Of a stretch of 64,000 nt of DNA, positions 36,681-50,290 are shown in pieces. The notes beneath the pieces are model-generated. The model saw only the letters and a program-made list of their open reading frames with translations. It was not told where the DNA came from and did not search any database. Numbering within the stretch: position 1 is the stretch's first letter; every line of letters starts with the position of its first letter. This DNA is from Lama guanicoe. Lineage: Eukaryota. A program made the position numbers and the translations under genes. The stretch is taken from contig MU056703.1 in the NCBI GenBank assembly GCA_013239625.1, positions 1,973,185 to 2,037,184 of the forward strand, written 5' to 3'.

Positions 36681-37789
36681 TGTGGTGACAGGCGGCCTCG
36701 CTAACCGCCCCCCCCACCAGGCCCTGTGTTAACTGGTGCTCCCTCTGCACTGCTGCTTTTGATGGCTCTGTACACCCACGTCGCTCTCAAAATAAGGAAA
36801 CAAAACACAGACCAAGAGAAGCATGGTAGAACATCCATTGTGGCAGACGGGCAGTCCTACTGTTTAACCACAATTGGAGCGAATCTGCATTGCAGACCCG
36901 GAGCCTTGACTGCAGGCGTCTCCAGCCTGTCCCTGCAGGCGTGTGTCTTTAAACCCTCGACCTGAAGTTTTCAGACGTCTTGTTACACTGCTCAGTGCGT
37001 CGGGTGATTTACCCAGTTGTCCATCTAGACTGACCTATGCAGAATGGAATGCTTTGGAATTTAGGGAGAGCATTGCATATTCCAGACTCCTACCTGCTGT
37101 CCCCCAGATGGCAGGGAACATTGCTGACGGGGTCGCCAGCAGAACGCTTCCACTGCATGTGTTCTGGTGCTCCCTGACCACACGCACACACACACACCCA
37201 CTCACATGCACACGTATGCACACACGTCTCTCTCACACCTGCAGTCTGGGGGGACGGGCCCGGACACAGTGTCCAGTGAATGGTCAGCAGACGCACCTTT
37301 TCTCCCTAATTAAGGCCTTCGATGTCCCGGGGACACAGCACCTTGGCCCTCTCTCCAGCAGAAGTAGAGCTGAATTCCCCACCAGGCCTTCCCACGCGGT
37401 CAACTGCTGGAGTCAGAGGGTGCAGCCGGGGGTGGGAGGGTCCTACCTTTTATTTCTCATCAAGAGAAACCTGAGTGTGGGGGCCAAGGCCACCATCCCA
37501 CCCCTGTGTCCTGCTGCAGTCGAACATGAATGGGCTGTGGGCCCAGGCATACGTGGTCCTGGAACGGGGCGGGCAGGGGTGCCGCTGGATGGACACGGGG
37601 ACCCGTAGCCACCTTTACTCTCTCGTCAGCGCTGTGTGAAGCCAGTGTTCCCTGTGAGACGCAGCACCTTTCACCCAGCAGGGTGCGTCACGACCGGGAG
37701 ACGGGTCTGTTGCACCTCAGGGACCCGAGGGCGGGTGCCTGGTCCCCCCACCTGCAGGTGGAGCTAGAGGCGGGTGCGCGGGAGTCAGT

Positions 37790-38155
37790 GACACCTGCCT
37801 GCACCTGTGCCTACAGGTGCGCACACCTGCCTCCCTGCACACACTCCCGTGTCTGCCTGCACACCCGCCGGCCACACAACTGCATGTGTGCCCGCACACC
37901 TGCTCACGCATCTCTCACACAGGTACCTGCACGTGCACCTTCACACACACACTGGTGTGCCCACGTACGTGCACTTACTCACACCTGCCTACATCTCTGC
38001 TTACACACGTGTCTCCACGTGCACCCGCCATCACACGTGCACACGTATGTGCCTCCTTCCATGCACATTCCTACTTCCACACACACCTCCCTGCATGCAT
38101 ACCGACACGGTATCTGGACACACACACACATACAGGAAACGCTCACACCTGCCCG
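37790..38155. repeat. Degenerate (CA)/(TGCACAC)-rich low-complexity tract
   Basis: Continuous cacacctgc/gcacacac/cacgtg variants, which produce the His/Thr/Cys-rich spurious ORFs. Confidence 0.85.
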
Positions 38156-40199
38156 CCTGCAGAGGCAGGCTGCCGTGGTTCGAGCTCTGCAGGGCAGGTC
38201 CGCGCAAGTCCCCCCAGATGAATGGTCAGGGCATCAGCCGCCTAGAGGCCCGAGTTTATTAGCAATTTCACCGCCTGCATCCTGTCCCGGGTGGCGCTGG
38301 ATCTCCCTGGGCTGTGACTGGGAGGACCTGGCGGGGGCAGGGGAGTGGCACCTGCGACCCTGGAGGAGCCCGCCCCGCAACTCGGCTGTGACTCGCTCTT
38401 CTCGCTGTTTGTGACCCTCACACATGAGCGTCCGACAGATGGTGTCTGGCAAGCTCAGGTGTTTAAGGAGAACTCCCCACACCAGTAGTTTCAAGCCCTG
38501 ACTTTTTTGTGTGTCACTTTTTGAACCACTTTCCCAGGATTTGTTTCCTTTGCAGCCAAATGTGGGAAATGAAGTCTGCGCATGAGAGACAGTATTGTCC
38601 AGGGAAACGTCCAGAGGGTTAATGTATTTTGACTGAAACTAGCAGGAAGTTGTGTCTCAGCGGTGCTTACAGGCTTATTGTAAATACGTCACCTGGAGAG
38701 CAATTTGTTAAACAAGAAACATCAGGTGGAGAACTAGGAAGGCGGAGTAAATGGGGAGAGACAGATCCGGAGGGGCCGTGATGAGCACCCGCGGTGTCGG
38801 TAAAGGGGAGGCTGCCTCCTCCATTCAGCACCAGGAAAACCCCTGATGCCGGGGGAGCAAGGAGAGATGCTTTCATGACGTTGCTTGGCAGTCAAGTCGT
38901 ATCTGAAACTGGAGGCTCAGTCATTCCAACCCCCTCGGGTTGTAAACGGGGTGAAAGTTGAGCGGGTTGGAACAAGCTCGGCTCTGACTTGATTAGACGC
39001 CATCAGGTCACAGCTGCCAGGGCGGGAACTTCCTGGCTTCCTCGGCGCGTGCAGATCAGGGCTCTCTGGGACAGGCAGCGGCCGAGGACGCCCCGACTCC
39101 TGGACGTCAGGGACAGCGGAGGCGTCCTCGAGTCCCCGGGTTCACAGCAGCTCAGGGCTGTGTGCTCTCGTTTGTGTGGCTTTGTCTTTAGCTTCCCCGC
39201 ATTGGAGATGGAAGATGGCAGGTCTTTTTAAAAACTTTTGTTGCTTATCACGTAGTAATCCAGATGGCTTTTCAGGGTGTCACCTTATTAAAAACACCAG
39301 TGGGAGATCAGAAAAACCATGTCTTTCGGTGGATTTTTCCAGGCAGACCTTTGTTTCTTCTCAAGCAAAAAGCTGTTGAAAATTGCTGGCCCACTAGAGA
39401 GTGAAGTGCTGTCTTCTGCAGGCATTTGCGCGGACAAAGCGACTGCAACGTTTTCTTGGAATCACGGCTGCATTGTAAAGGTGTCAGGACGCCACATCCT
39501 GTCACACCATTAGAATCCTGTTGTTTCAGTCATGGGGAAATTTGGATCCCAAAGACCTACAGCTAACGGTGCCCAGAGAAATAACTAAGCAACTGTGTCA
39601 TTTGGAGTAGGAAAGAGTATTGAAAAATGCCATTTTGAAATTTATGATTTTTCTCAGCTTTTGCTTTTAGCATCATTTGAATCTATAATTTAAATTCTAC
39701 AAGATTTTTACAGAAAAGAAAATAGGAGAGAGATAAAAAGATGTACTGGAGATTCAGACATTTCGTTATAATTAGCCCACCTCGGTTTGTAAGGATATGG
39801 AAGTAGGCTGTTGGAATGCTTACAGTGTAACAACAGAGAAAGAGGAACGCTAAAACCACATCCAGGGACAGGATAAAAGAGAAGGATAATTTCGTCTGTA
39901 AGTCAGAACTCACGGGTATGCAGTTTCTAAGCTGAGCTACACATTTAGCTCTGGGCTTCCTCACAGCCAAAGTGAAACGAGCTTGTTACAGTTTTGTGGA
40001 CTTGATGCTCTTAGGGATGAAAAGCACAGCAGTGTCTCGGAGGAAGCCCAGACCAGAGACCAGGAGGGGTTGTGAGCGAGTTTCCACTGGGCCGCACGGC
40101 GGGGATCAGCCTCAAGGCACCCGTCAACGCTTGTGACCAGAGTACTCCCCGAGAGCTTCTAGCACGCGGGACTGTGGGTGTTTGATTCTTTATTTGTTG

Positions 40200-41140
40200 T
40201 GTTTGTTTATTGTACTAAAATATACATAATATAAAGTTTACCATCGTAACCATCTTCCAGAGTACAGGCCTGCGGCAGTAACCACGTTCACCCTCTTGTG
40301 CGACCGTCACCACCCTCCACCTCCAGAACCGTCATCATCTCGAACTGGAACTCTTCCCCATTAGTACTAAGTCCCCATTCTCCCTCCCCCAGCCCCCGCT
40401 GGCCGCAGTTCCGCTCATCCCCCTCCCCCAGCCCCTGCTGACCGCTGTTCCACGTTCTGTGTTGATGAACTTGGTCACTCAGGAACCTCAGATAAGTGGA
40501 ATCCCACAGTATTTCCCTTAGAGCCAAGTCTCTTCACTGAGCGGAATGTCCCCGCGGTTCCTCCATGGTGCTCGGGGCAGAAGCGCGTTCTGGGTGGAGG
40601 CTGAACGACGTTCCGTGGGACGGGGGGACGGCCTTCTTGCCCGTTGCCCAGCAGTGGACGCTTGGCTCGTTTCCGCGTGTTGGCTGCTGTGAACTGAGCT
40701 GCACGAGTTTCCGCTCAAGTCCCTGCTGTCAGTTCTTTGGGGCTTTTCCGCAGAAGCAGAATTTCTGAATCAAATTCTGTTTTAACTTTTTGAAGAGCTG
40801 TCACACTGTGTTCACAACAGCGGCGCTGACTTAACGCTCCCATCAGAAACTCACAAAGCTTCCTATTTTCCACATCCTCACCAATATGACCGTTTTCTGG
40901 TTCAGGGTTTATTTGTCTGTTTTTAATAATCGCCATCCTGATGGGTGTGCGGCGGTATCTCACTGCGATTTTTATTCGCACTTCCCCGACAATTAGCAGC
41001 ATTGAACGTCTTTTTACAGGCTTATTGGCTATTTGTATACTTTCCGTGGAGAAATACCTGTTCCAGTCCTGTGCCCACGTTTTGAATTGTCCTCCGTTGA
41101 TGCTTGTGACTTGCAGGCATCTCTCTGTGTTCTGGGTCTA
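40200..41140 (-). mobile_element. L1MB-like LINE-1 3' end (ORF2 C-terminus plus 3' UTR), with an internal ~38-bp tandem duplication at ~40381-40450
   Basis: tttattgtactaaaatatacataatataaagtttaccat... is an L1MB 3' terminus. Minus ORF 40715-41002 (VGEVRIKIAVRYRRTPIRMAIIK) resembles ORF2p IREMQIKTTMRYHLTPVRMAIIK. Confidence 0.9.
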
Positions 41141-41602
41141 GTCTTCCCCAGAGACTTCACGCTAACTGTCCTCCTTCCCTGAACCTTCTGGATTGCACCT
41201 GGGGCCTGCCCTTCGTAATACTTGCTTTTGTCCGTTTTCTGGCCCAGCTCCCCTGCCGCTGCCCTGACTGGCCCCTCTGCCTGCATCACCCCTGCGGGCT
41301 TGGCGAGCAGGGCGAGTCCCACTCACCAGGTCCCGTGGGAGGGAGGGTCCCTGCCTCAGTCTCGCTCCGGCCACACTGCCCCCCCACCACCACCCCAACT
41401 CATCCCGTGGGGTCCACCTTCTGCCAGGGGGCCAGACCTCGAGGGCCACGCTCTGTCTCCCATCCATCACCCCCGGTGCCTAGAGGCGCAGGCACAGAGT
41501 GGGAACTAAGAAGGCCCAGAATGTCCGTGCGTTGCTCCCCAGCGAGACCCTACACGGGGCAGAATCTACACCTTCGTCACTTTGGTTCCCGCCAGTTTGG
41601 GT

Positions 41603-41954
41603 TGTGCCTCTGTTCACGGGGCCGCCATAGCACCGGAGCCCAGACCAGCAGACAAAGTCTACCCTCCCCCAGCCCTGGAGGCCAGAGGTCCGAGGTCGGG
41701 CGTCTGCAGGGCTGGTTCCTCCCCGGGCCTCGCTCCTGGTGTGTGGGTGCCGTCTCTCCTGTGTCCCCACAAGGGCGTCCCTGTGTGTCTGTGTCCTCGC
41801 CTTCTCCTGTAAGGACACCAGTCATACTAGATTCGGACCTATTTTAACTTGTAAGTGACCTCATTTTAACTGAATTATCTCTTTGAAGACCCATCTCCAA
41901 GTACGCCTTCTGAGGGTCCGGGGTTAGGGCTTCCGCACAGCTCAGCCCAGAACA
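41603..41954 (-). mobile_element. MaLR LTR, MLT1B-like, near full length
   Basis: ctggaggccagaggtccgagg...tgtgtctgtgtcct...taaggacaccagtcatactagatt...gacctcattttaactgaattatctctttgaagaccc...ctcagcccagaaca. Confidence 0.9.
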
Positions 41955-42060
41955 GGCGCCACCCCGAACTGCACACGAGTCCTGTGAGTTCTGTTTGGCC
42001 TAAGGTCAAGGCCGGTGACCTCAGACTAGTCCCATGACTTCGGTGTAAAGTTTGTCCTTC

Positions 42061-42180
42061 GTTTTTGTTATTGTGACATAATATGTTTTATGTATTTCAT
42101 ACACACACAGACACTCAGCCGTTTTAACCGTTCCAAGCATGCAGTCAGTGGCGTTAAGTAGGTGTGACCTAAGTGTCCTC
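42061..42180 (-). mobile_element. Short L1MB-like 3' terminal fragment
   Basis: ttattgtgacataatat...gttttaaccgttccaagcatgcagtcagtggcgttaagta resembles the L1MB 3' terminus. Confidence 0.5.
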
Positions 42181-45100
42181 ATGTTCACGTGGGAAGAGGA
42201 GATGAGACGCACCGACGTCGAATTCTGTTGTTGGAGGAGGATGTGTCCCACCCCCACTTCACGGCCCCGCGAACAGGAGACAGGCGCTGAGCCTGCGCCA
42301 ACCAGCCTGCCTGTGTATGAGGTCGCATCTCCCGAGGGGGGGCGGTCTGAAAGGGCCAGGTGTCCCTGGCTTTCATCCCCGGTGTCCTGGGTGATCTGCC
42401 AGGGCCAAGATTCCAGCACGCCTGCCAACATCAGGACTCTTCCCAGTCCCCTGGGCCTGAGGGCAGGTGGCTGGCCTGGGTCCCCGTTTGCCTCCCAAAC
42501 CTGCCCTGAACCCAGTGCCTGTGAGTGGGGTCCCAGCCGCTCCCCTGGGTCCTGCTGAAAGAAATGGGTTTGTACCCCCAGGTACAGCTGGAGTTCTGGC
42601 TGACCCCAGTAGGAGGGGTCCTTGTCCCACGTCGGAGGCGCGGAGACAGGACACCCCACACAGCGGAGCCCCCAGGCTGCGCTGACCAGCCAGCCTCTCA
42701 CTCGGCACTGCCTCTTAGACCACTGTCCCCCGGGGACCCTCAGATTACAGCCCCTGTTCCTCTGAGGGTCTCGCTTAGTGCCCGCGTGTCAGACAGCCCA
42801 GTGTGGGCTCGGGGCTCCCGGCCGGTGGACATGCCCACCATGTGTGGGGAAATCTTCCACACGACGCAGTGTGTGCTGTACAGGGATGTGACATGTCCAC
42901 AGGCTGGACCAGGCACCTTGTTACTCAAACAGGGACCTGGGAAAGCAGGGACCAGCCGCGGGAGAGGCTCTCCGCACCCTGCTCATGTCTGGGTGTCCAG
43001 CCCTCGGCTCCGAGTCTGAGTCGGCCAAGAGGCGAGAGTGGCACCTCAGCCCGAGGTTTACGGTCATCCCCTCCTGGGCTCAACTGCACTGTCCACGTAG
43101 TTCAGAGTTCTGCTGAGAAAAGGAGAATAATCACGTTAAATTAATGTGACATGCTTGGTACAACGTTGCACACAACTGGGATGACACGGGACCAGCCAGG
43201 AGCCGACGCACCCAGAGCACAGACCCATTTGGGGCATCTTTGTGCCCCCAGAGCTTTACTCACAGGCTCGCAGAGTCTCCACCTCACACACAGAACCAGA
43301 CACACAACACGGTTTGCATGGCGTTCCAAGGCCCCCGCGGGCCATTCTAAAGTCCTCTGATATGGGGGCCTCCCCGCGACAGCCTCCAGAGCAGTGACCC
43401 CTCCCCGTGGATGGACAGTGCACACGCGCCTGCCCCAGGCTTCTGGGGAGAAGGCCCATCCTGTCTGAGACCTTCAAAGACATTTGTGGTCCCCCCAAAG
43501 TCCCAGGTTAGATCTAACCCAGCACACAGTGAACACACGGCCCCAGCCTGCATGTAAGTCTGAGCAGCAGAGCAGACGCTCCTTGAAACTTCGACGTCGT
43601 GCTCTCATCTAAAAAGGGAGGCCCAGGGGCGCTTCATCCTGGTCTCTGCGTGTTTACTTCGAAGGCGACGACCCGCGTACTTCCTGCTTCTCCTCGCTGC
43701 CCTCGGGAACGCCGTCCCGTGGTCAGGTAGTGGTCCTGCCCCGGGAAGGGCAGGAGCTGCGCTGGGCAGAGCAGGAAACCAGGCCGCCCCCTGGGGCCTG
43801 CAGCCGGTGGACAAAGAGGCGGCCTGTTCTGGGCCACGTGCTCCCAAGCGGCAATAAAAGCTGCTTTCGACTCCTGACCCGTGTGCTGGGGAAGCATTCT
43901 GGGGAGAATTACTATGATTTGCCCAAGATTACAACTCTTCAACGCCTGGGCAGCCCGATACTGTTATCCCTAATTGTTAGCTGTGGGCTGTGATTGTCTG
44001 CAGGGTGTGGGTGTAACATGGCCACACACAGCTGGGCCCCGGGGATGCAGCCTTTGCAGTCCCCGTCATGACAGTGGCTGAGTGCCCAGGAAGCTTCCAG
44101 TGGGCTCCATCCGGCAGACTCGGGGCGTGAAGGCCGCCGGGCTGAGCCAGGCGTTCCTCGCGCTGCACAAAATCCTCTGGGCAAACAGGAGTTCCAGCTG
44201 CCGATGGCCTTTCTGATCCGGTTGCCATGGGAACGCGGTCAGATGGAAGAGGATGAGGCAGGGAAGTTATAAAAAGAAGGCTGTCATTAAAACCCGCACC
44301 TCGTCTCCCCCAGTCTTGTGCGTTTCCATGGGAGCAGGAGCAGGATCCACCGCCAGGCGCAGCCCGGCCTCGGTCTCTGGGCTGTCAGGCAGCGTCCAGC
44401 CACCTCTGCAGAGCCTTAAATTTATCCCAAGTGTCAGACCCAGGAGTTTTATGAGGCCTTCACCACGCAGGACCCTGCAAACCGGCCAGGTTGGGCACGC
44501 AGCTGTCCCCCTGTGGTGGCCGCTGGGCCTCGGGTCCCTCCTGGGAGGGTCCTGCTCTCCGCGAGCACAGCCACACAGACAGGTGGCCGGGGCCCCTCCG
44601 GCCCCACTGCCCACGTGGCCGGTCTCTCCTCTGCTGCCCCTTGAACCTCGGCCCAGCCCGTCCTCGCCCCCACCGAACCCCCCGGGCGGTCTCTGTCTCT
44701 GAGCCCCCCGCCCCACACCAGAGGGAGTTTTACTTTCACAGAGGTTTCTCCTTCCTCCCTGGTGACAACTTCTCACCTTCGGAGCCCGTTTCTTCTGCTG
44801 GGGATGTGAAGTGCTTTCACTGGTTTCAGAGCAGCTGAGAATTTCCTCACAGTCATGTTTAACTGTCCTCAAGACGAATGCTTTTTCACCTGGATCTGGG
44901 AGGAAACAAAAATTCGTGTGTCAGAGTGAAAGCTCAGTGGGCATGATGTCAGTCTCAGGGAAAAAATTCTAGAAAAAATGTCACACAGATTATTTGTGAG
45001 TACTTAGACAAAAAGAGATTGCAAAGATTTACTAAGACGAAGTTATGCTTGACTAATTTCTGGTAACTTCGTTACCCGCACACGGTAGTTGCCCAGGACG

Positions 45101-45493
45101 TTTGCCGAGCTCTGAGCCTGGACTGTTTTCGCTGAGGGCTAGGTGACGAAGTGTGTGTTGAATTGTAGCGTAAATAAACCTGATTTGTAATCACCTAAAC
45201 GACCACAACCAGAGACCACTGCTTTGTTGGAATGACAACACCCAGAGCCTGCCGTTCCCCGGAAGAATGATGTCCAGCGGCGAGGTGCGGGGCGCTGTCC
45301 TTGGTCCTGTCTTACTCAGTGCTTCTAGGCGTGGAAATAGATCATAAATTCCTGCAGGCACAGCGGCCAGGAAGGCAGGCGTGGTGCAGCGGGTGGGAGG
45401 CCTGGAGCACAGGGCATCTCACCAGGCTGCTGCAATGTGCGAGACCAAGCAACATAAAGTTTAAAGAGAAGGCATCTTACTTTTACCTCCCCC

Positions 45494-45746
45494 NNNNNNN
45501 NNNNNNNNNNNNNNNNNNNNNNNNNNNNNNNNNNNNNNNNNNNNNNNNNNNNNNNNNNNNNNNNNNNNNNNNNNNNNNNNNNNNNNNNNNNNNNNNNNNN
45601 NNNNNNNNNNNNNNNNNNNNNNNNNNNNNNNNNNNNNNNNNNNNNNNNNNNNNNNNNNNNNNNNNNNNNNNNNNNNNNNNNNNNNNNNNNNNNNNNNNNN
45701 NNNNNNNNNNNNNNNNNNNNNNNNNNNNNNNNNNNNNNNNNNNNNN
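45494..45746. other. Assembly gap (253 N)
   Basis: N run with C-runs on both sides. Confidence 1.
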
Positions 45747-46236
45747 CCCGCCCCCCACCGCCAAAACGGAAAAACAAAATAAAAACTAATAGTTTTCTTC
45801 CGATAATTGAGGATGTTTAGAAGTAGAATTCTGCGAGCCCTGTGGGGTTTCGGAAGGAGGACAGTGGGTGTATTTTCCAAAGATGTAAATTATGATAAGA
45901 AGAAGAAAGCCGTTCGGGAGAGCTCTGAGTGTGGAGTGAAACACTCTGTGGGATGGTGAATTCACATCCTTTTGAGGCTGAAACTATGCCTTTGGGATCG
46001 TTCTGCAGTCGGGTGCTCGGCTGCCAGGAAATGTGAGGCTGTCTTTATGGGTTCTCTTTTCTCTGGTTCTCAGAAGCAATTTCTACAATGGATTTGTATC
46101 TGTATTTACATCTAAAGATTATTTACACATAATCCACTATATGACATGAAATTTATGAAAAATGGGTGTTCTAGAGCTAGCAATGCCTGGAAGCATGTGT
46201 TTATGATAAACGGTGGCTGTTACAAGTCTCCTTTAA

Positions 46237-46261
46237 ACACACACACACACACACACACACA
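46237..46261. repeat. (AC)12 microsatellite
   Basis: Pure ac repeat. Confidence 0.95.
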
Positions 46262-46924
46262 GGCAAGGTAAATGAGATCCCTGCAGTTTGTGAAAGGAAC
46301 GTTCATATCGGGGACGCATCCTCAGTGCCCCTCTGGGCCGATCCGGGTGTTGGGTTGACGCTCTTCCTCCTGAGGATAAAGCTCTGTTAATGCAGCGTTA
46401 GCATCTGCAGTCACCTCTGTTCCTGTCTCTGGTTAGTCCTGCAGTTCCTGTGGTGGAGGGCAACGCATATTTGCACCAGCAGTATTTTGGCTTGTAACTT
46501 CCAGTCTCTAGACTTGGAAAGACACATGCATTACAGTCCAAATATGAGTAATCAGTCACCCTTTTGATAAAGGAAAAAGCACGTGACTCCCTTCAAATGT
46601 GCTTGTATTGGAAACAGTTGTGGTTGTATCTGAGCCGCTTTGCTGCACACAAGCAGAAATGAGTTTAGTGGGTGGCTCAGGGTCCCTGCCCTGCTAAGCA
46701 GACTGTGCTGAGCAAGTTGGAGACAGTGTCTGTGCATCAGGGAGAAGGCTTGCTACGTAACCTTGACGGGACCTTCCGGTGCCAAGTGTCCACGGCAGCA
46801 TGGCGTCGCCTTGACAGGGTCCACGCTGCTCAGGCTCACATCCATGTGAAGTGCCTTAGCTTTGTCCAGACTACGCTGCTTGTCACTCCCCTGGCAAGTC
46901 CTGTCCATTCTCGTCTCCAAGTGT

Positions 46925-48080
46925 CATCACCATACTGTTTTAACTACTGTCGCTTTGTGATATGTTTTGAAATCAGAATATGTGATGCCTCCGTATTTGT
47001 TCTTCTTTCCTAAGAAAAAGAAAATTGCTTTTGTTGTTTGAGGTCTCTTGTGTTTCTATATGAATTTTAGGATTTTTAAAAATTTTCTGTAAAAATGCCA
47101 TTGCAATTTGATAGAGATTGCTCTGTCGATTAGGTAGTAAGGATATTTTAACAATGTTAAGTCTTTCCATCCGTGAACATGGAATATCTTTCCATTATTC
47201 GTGTCTTATTTAATTTCTTTCATCAGTGATTTGCAGTATACAGGTCTTTTACATCCTTGGTTAAGTTCATTTCTAAGTGTTTTATTCTTTTTGACATAAT
47301 GAGATTGGTTTTTTAATTTTCTTTTTTTGGCTAGTTCACTCTTAGTGTGCAGAAACTTAACAGATATCTGTATGTTGATTTTGTATCCTGCAATTTTACT
47401 AAATTTAATATTTTTAAGTTTTTTTCATAGAGTTTGGGGATTTCCTACATATAAGATCATGTTATCTGAAAACAGAGATACTTTTACATCTTCTCGTCCA
47501 GTTTGGACGCCTTTTGCTTCTTTCCCTTCCCTGATTGCTCTGGCTGGGACTTCCAGTACTGTGTTGAACAGCAGTGACGAGGGTGGGCACCCTTGCCTTA
47601 CTGCTGGTCTTAGAGAAAAAGCGTTCAGCTCTTCACCATTGAACACAAAGTTAGCAGAGGTCTTGTCATGCCTGACCTTTATTATGTTGAAATAAATCCC
47701 TTCTCTACCTAGTTTGTCGCGTTTTTATCGTGAACAGATGTTGACTCTGGTCTAACCCTTTTTCTGTGTCTGTTGAGATGACCCTCTGGTTTCTTTCCTT
47801 CGTTCTGTTAATATGATGTATCCCTTATTGACTCCGTTGAGCCATAGCTGCATCGCAGGGATAAATCCCACTTGACCTGGGTGTATGATCCTTTTACTGC
47901 GCTTTTGTGTTCAGTTTGCTAGCATTTCATTGGGAATTTTTACACCTATATTCACTGGGCATATTGGACTGTAGTTTCTTGTAGTGTCTTTGTCTGGCTT
48001 TGGTATTAGGATAATATTGACCTCAAAGAATTTCTTTGGAAGTGTTCCTTCTTCTTCATCAGTTTTTTGGAAGAGCTTAA
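46925..48080 (-). mobile_element. Decayed LINE-1 ORF2 (reverse transcriptase region), copy 1
   Basis: Minus ORF 47425-47646 RQGCPPSSLLFNTVLEVPARAIREGKEAKGVQTGREDVKVSLFSDNMILYVGNP matches ORF2p RQGCPLSPLLFNIVLE...SLFADDMIVY. The catalytic FADD is mutated to FSDN; multiple frameshifts. Confidence 0.95.
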
Positions 48081-48263
48081 GATGTTTACTGCAGTATTAT
48101 TCACAATAATCAAGGTACAGAAACAACCTAAATGTCCACCGATGGGTAAATGGACAAAGAAAATGTGCCTATAGATATGACAGAATAGTATACAGCCTTT
48201 AAAAAGAAAAAACCATCACCATATGCGACAACAGAGATGCAGCTTGAGGACGTTGTGCTAAGT
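48081..48263 (+). mobile_element. LINE-1 ORF2 C-terminal fragment, opposite orientation, copy 1
   Basis: atgtttactgcagtattattcacaata... translates [19 protein letters not shown], similar to ORF2p MFIAALFTIAKTWNQPKCP. Confidence 0.9.
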
Positions 48264-49133
48264 CTGACTCCACTGTGATCATGGCAGGAGAGCTGCCATC
48301 CCGCCAGGGCCCATATGTCCCCAGCCACGGTGTCCTGGTCAGACAGGCTGCTCCCAGTTCATGAAGCAGGACCCAGCACCGTCAGAGCAGCCAGCCCCGT
48401 GAGCTTGGTGTGCTCTGCTGCAGAGCTCGGAGTGGAGTAAAGGGAACAGCAGGAGGCGCTCCCACTCGCCAGCACAAACATGCACTCTTGTTCAGTTTGT
48501 GAAAGGAACGTTCATATCGGGGACGCATCCTCAGTGCCCCTCTGGGCCGATCCGGGTGTTGGGTTGACGCTCTTCCTCCTGAGGATAAAGCTCTGTTAAC
48601 GCAGCGTTAGCATCTGCAGTCACCTCTGTTCCTGTCGCTGGTTAGTCCTGCAGTTCCTGTGGTGGAGGGCAACGCATATTTGCACCAGCAGTATTTTGGC
48701 TTGTAACTTCCAGTCTCTAGACTTGGAAAGACACATGCATTACAGTCCAAATATGAGTAATCAGTCACCCTTTTGATAAAGGAAAAAGCACGTGACTCCC
48801 TTCAAATGTGCTTGTATTGGAAACAGTTGTGGTTGTATCTGAGCCGCTTTGCTGCACACAAGCAGAAATGGGTTTGGTGGGTGGCTCAGGGTCCCTGCCC
48901 TGCTAAGCAGACTGTGCTGAGCAAGTTGGAGACAGTGTCTGTGCATCAAGGAGAAGGCTTGCTACATAACCTTGACAGGACCTTCCGGTGCCAAGTGTCC
49001 ACGGCAGCATGGCGTTGCCTTGACAGGGTCCACGCTGCTCAGGCTCACGTCCATGTGAAGTGCCTTAGCTTTGTCCAGACTACGCTGCTTGTCACTCCCC
49101 TGGCAAGTCCTGTCCATTCTCGTCTCCAAGTGT

Positions 49134-50290
49134 CATCACCATACTGTTTTAACTACTGTCGCTTTGTGATATGTTTTGAAATCAGAATATGTGATGCCTC
49201 CGTATTTGTTCTTCTTTCCTAAGAAAAAGAAAATTGCTTTTGTTGTTTGAGGTCTCTTGTGTTTCTATATGAATTTTAGGATTTTTAAAAATTTTCTGTA
49301 AAAATGCCATTGCAATTTGATAGAGATTGCTCTGTCGATTAGGTAGTAAGGATATTTTAACAATGTTAAGTCTTTCCATCCGTGAACATGGAATATCTTT
49401 CCATTTATTCGTGTCTTATTTAATTTCTTTCATCAGTGATTTGCAGTATACAGGTCTTTTACATCCTTGGTTAAGTTCATTTCTAAGTGTTTTATTCTTT
49501 TTGACATAATGAGATTGGTTTTTTAATTTTCTTTTTTTGGCTAGTTCACTCTTAGTGTGCAGAAACTTAACAGATATCTGTATGTTGATTTTGTATCCTG
49601 CAATTTTACTAAATTTAATATTTTTAAGTTTTTTTCATAGAGTTTGGGGATTTCCTACATATAAGATCATGTTATCTGAAAACAGAGATACTTTTACATC
49701 TTCTCGTCCAGTTTGGACGCCTTTTGCTTCTTTCCCTTCCCTGATTGCTCTGGCTGGGACTTCCAGTACTGTGTTGAACAGCAGTGACGAGGGTGGGCAC
49801 CCTTGCCTTACTGCTGGTCTTAGAGAAAAAGCGTTCAGCTCTTCACCATTGAACACAAAGTTAGCAGAGGTCTTGTCATGCCTGACCTTTATTATGTTGA
49901 AATAAATCCCTTCTCTACCTAGTTTGTCGCGTTTTTATCGTGAACAGATGTTGACTCTGGTCTAACCCTTTTTCTGTGTCTGTTGAGATGACCCTCTGGT
50001 TTCTTTCCTTCGTTCTGTTAATATGATGTATCCCTTATTGACTCCGTTGAGCCATAGCTGCATCGCAGGGATAAATCCCACTTGACCTGGGTGTATGATC
50101 CTTTTACTGTGCTTTTGTGTTCAGTTTGCTAGCATTTCATTGGGAATTTTTACACCTATATTCACTGGGCATATTGGACTGTAGTTTCTTGTAGTGTCTT
50201 TGTCTGGCTTTGGTATTAGGATAATATTGACCTCAAAGAATTTCTTTGGAAGTGTTCCTTCTTCTTCATCAGTTTTTTGGAAGAGCTTAA
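49134..50290 (-). mobile_element. Decayed LINE-1 ORF2 RT region, copy 2
   Basis: Duplicate of 46925-48080; identical ORF at 49635-49856. Confidence 0.95.

Noticed and set aside
37530-38414. 294-aa His/Cys/Thr-rich ORF
   Set aside because: Translation of a CA-rich low-complexity tract; no domain structure.
45301-45880. ORFs spanning the first gap
   Set aside because: Artefacts of translating Ns.
47425-47646. Reverse transcriptase-like ORF as an active or domesticated RT
   Set aside because: Short LINE-1 relic with FADD mutated to FSDN, surrounded by frameshifts and stops.
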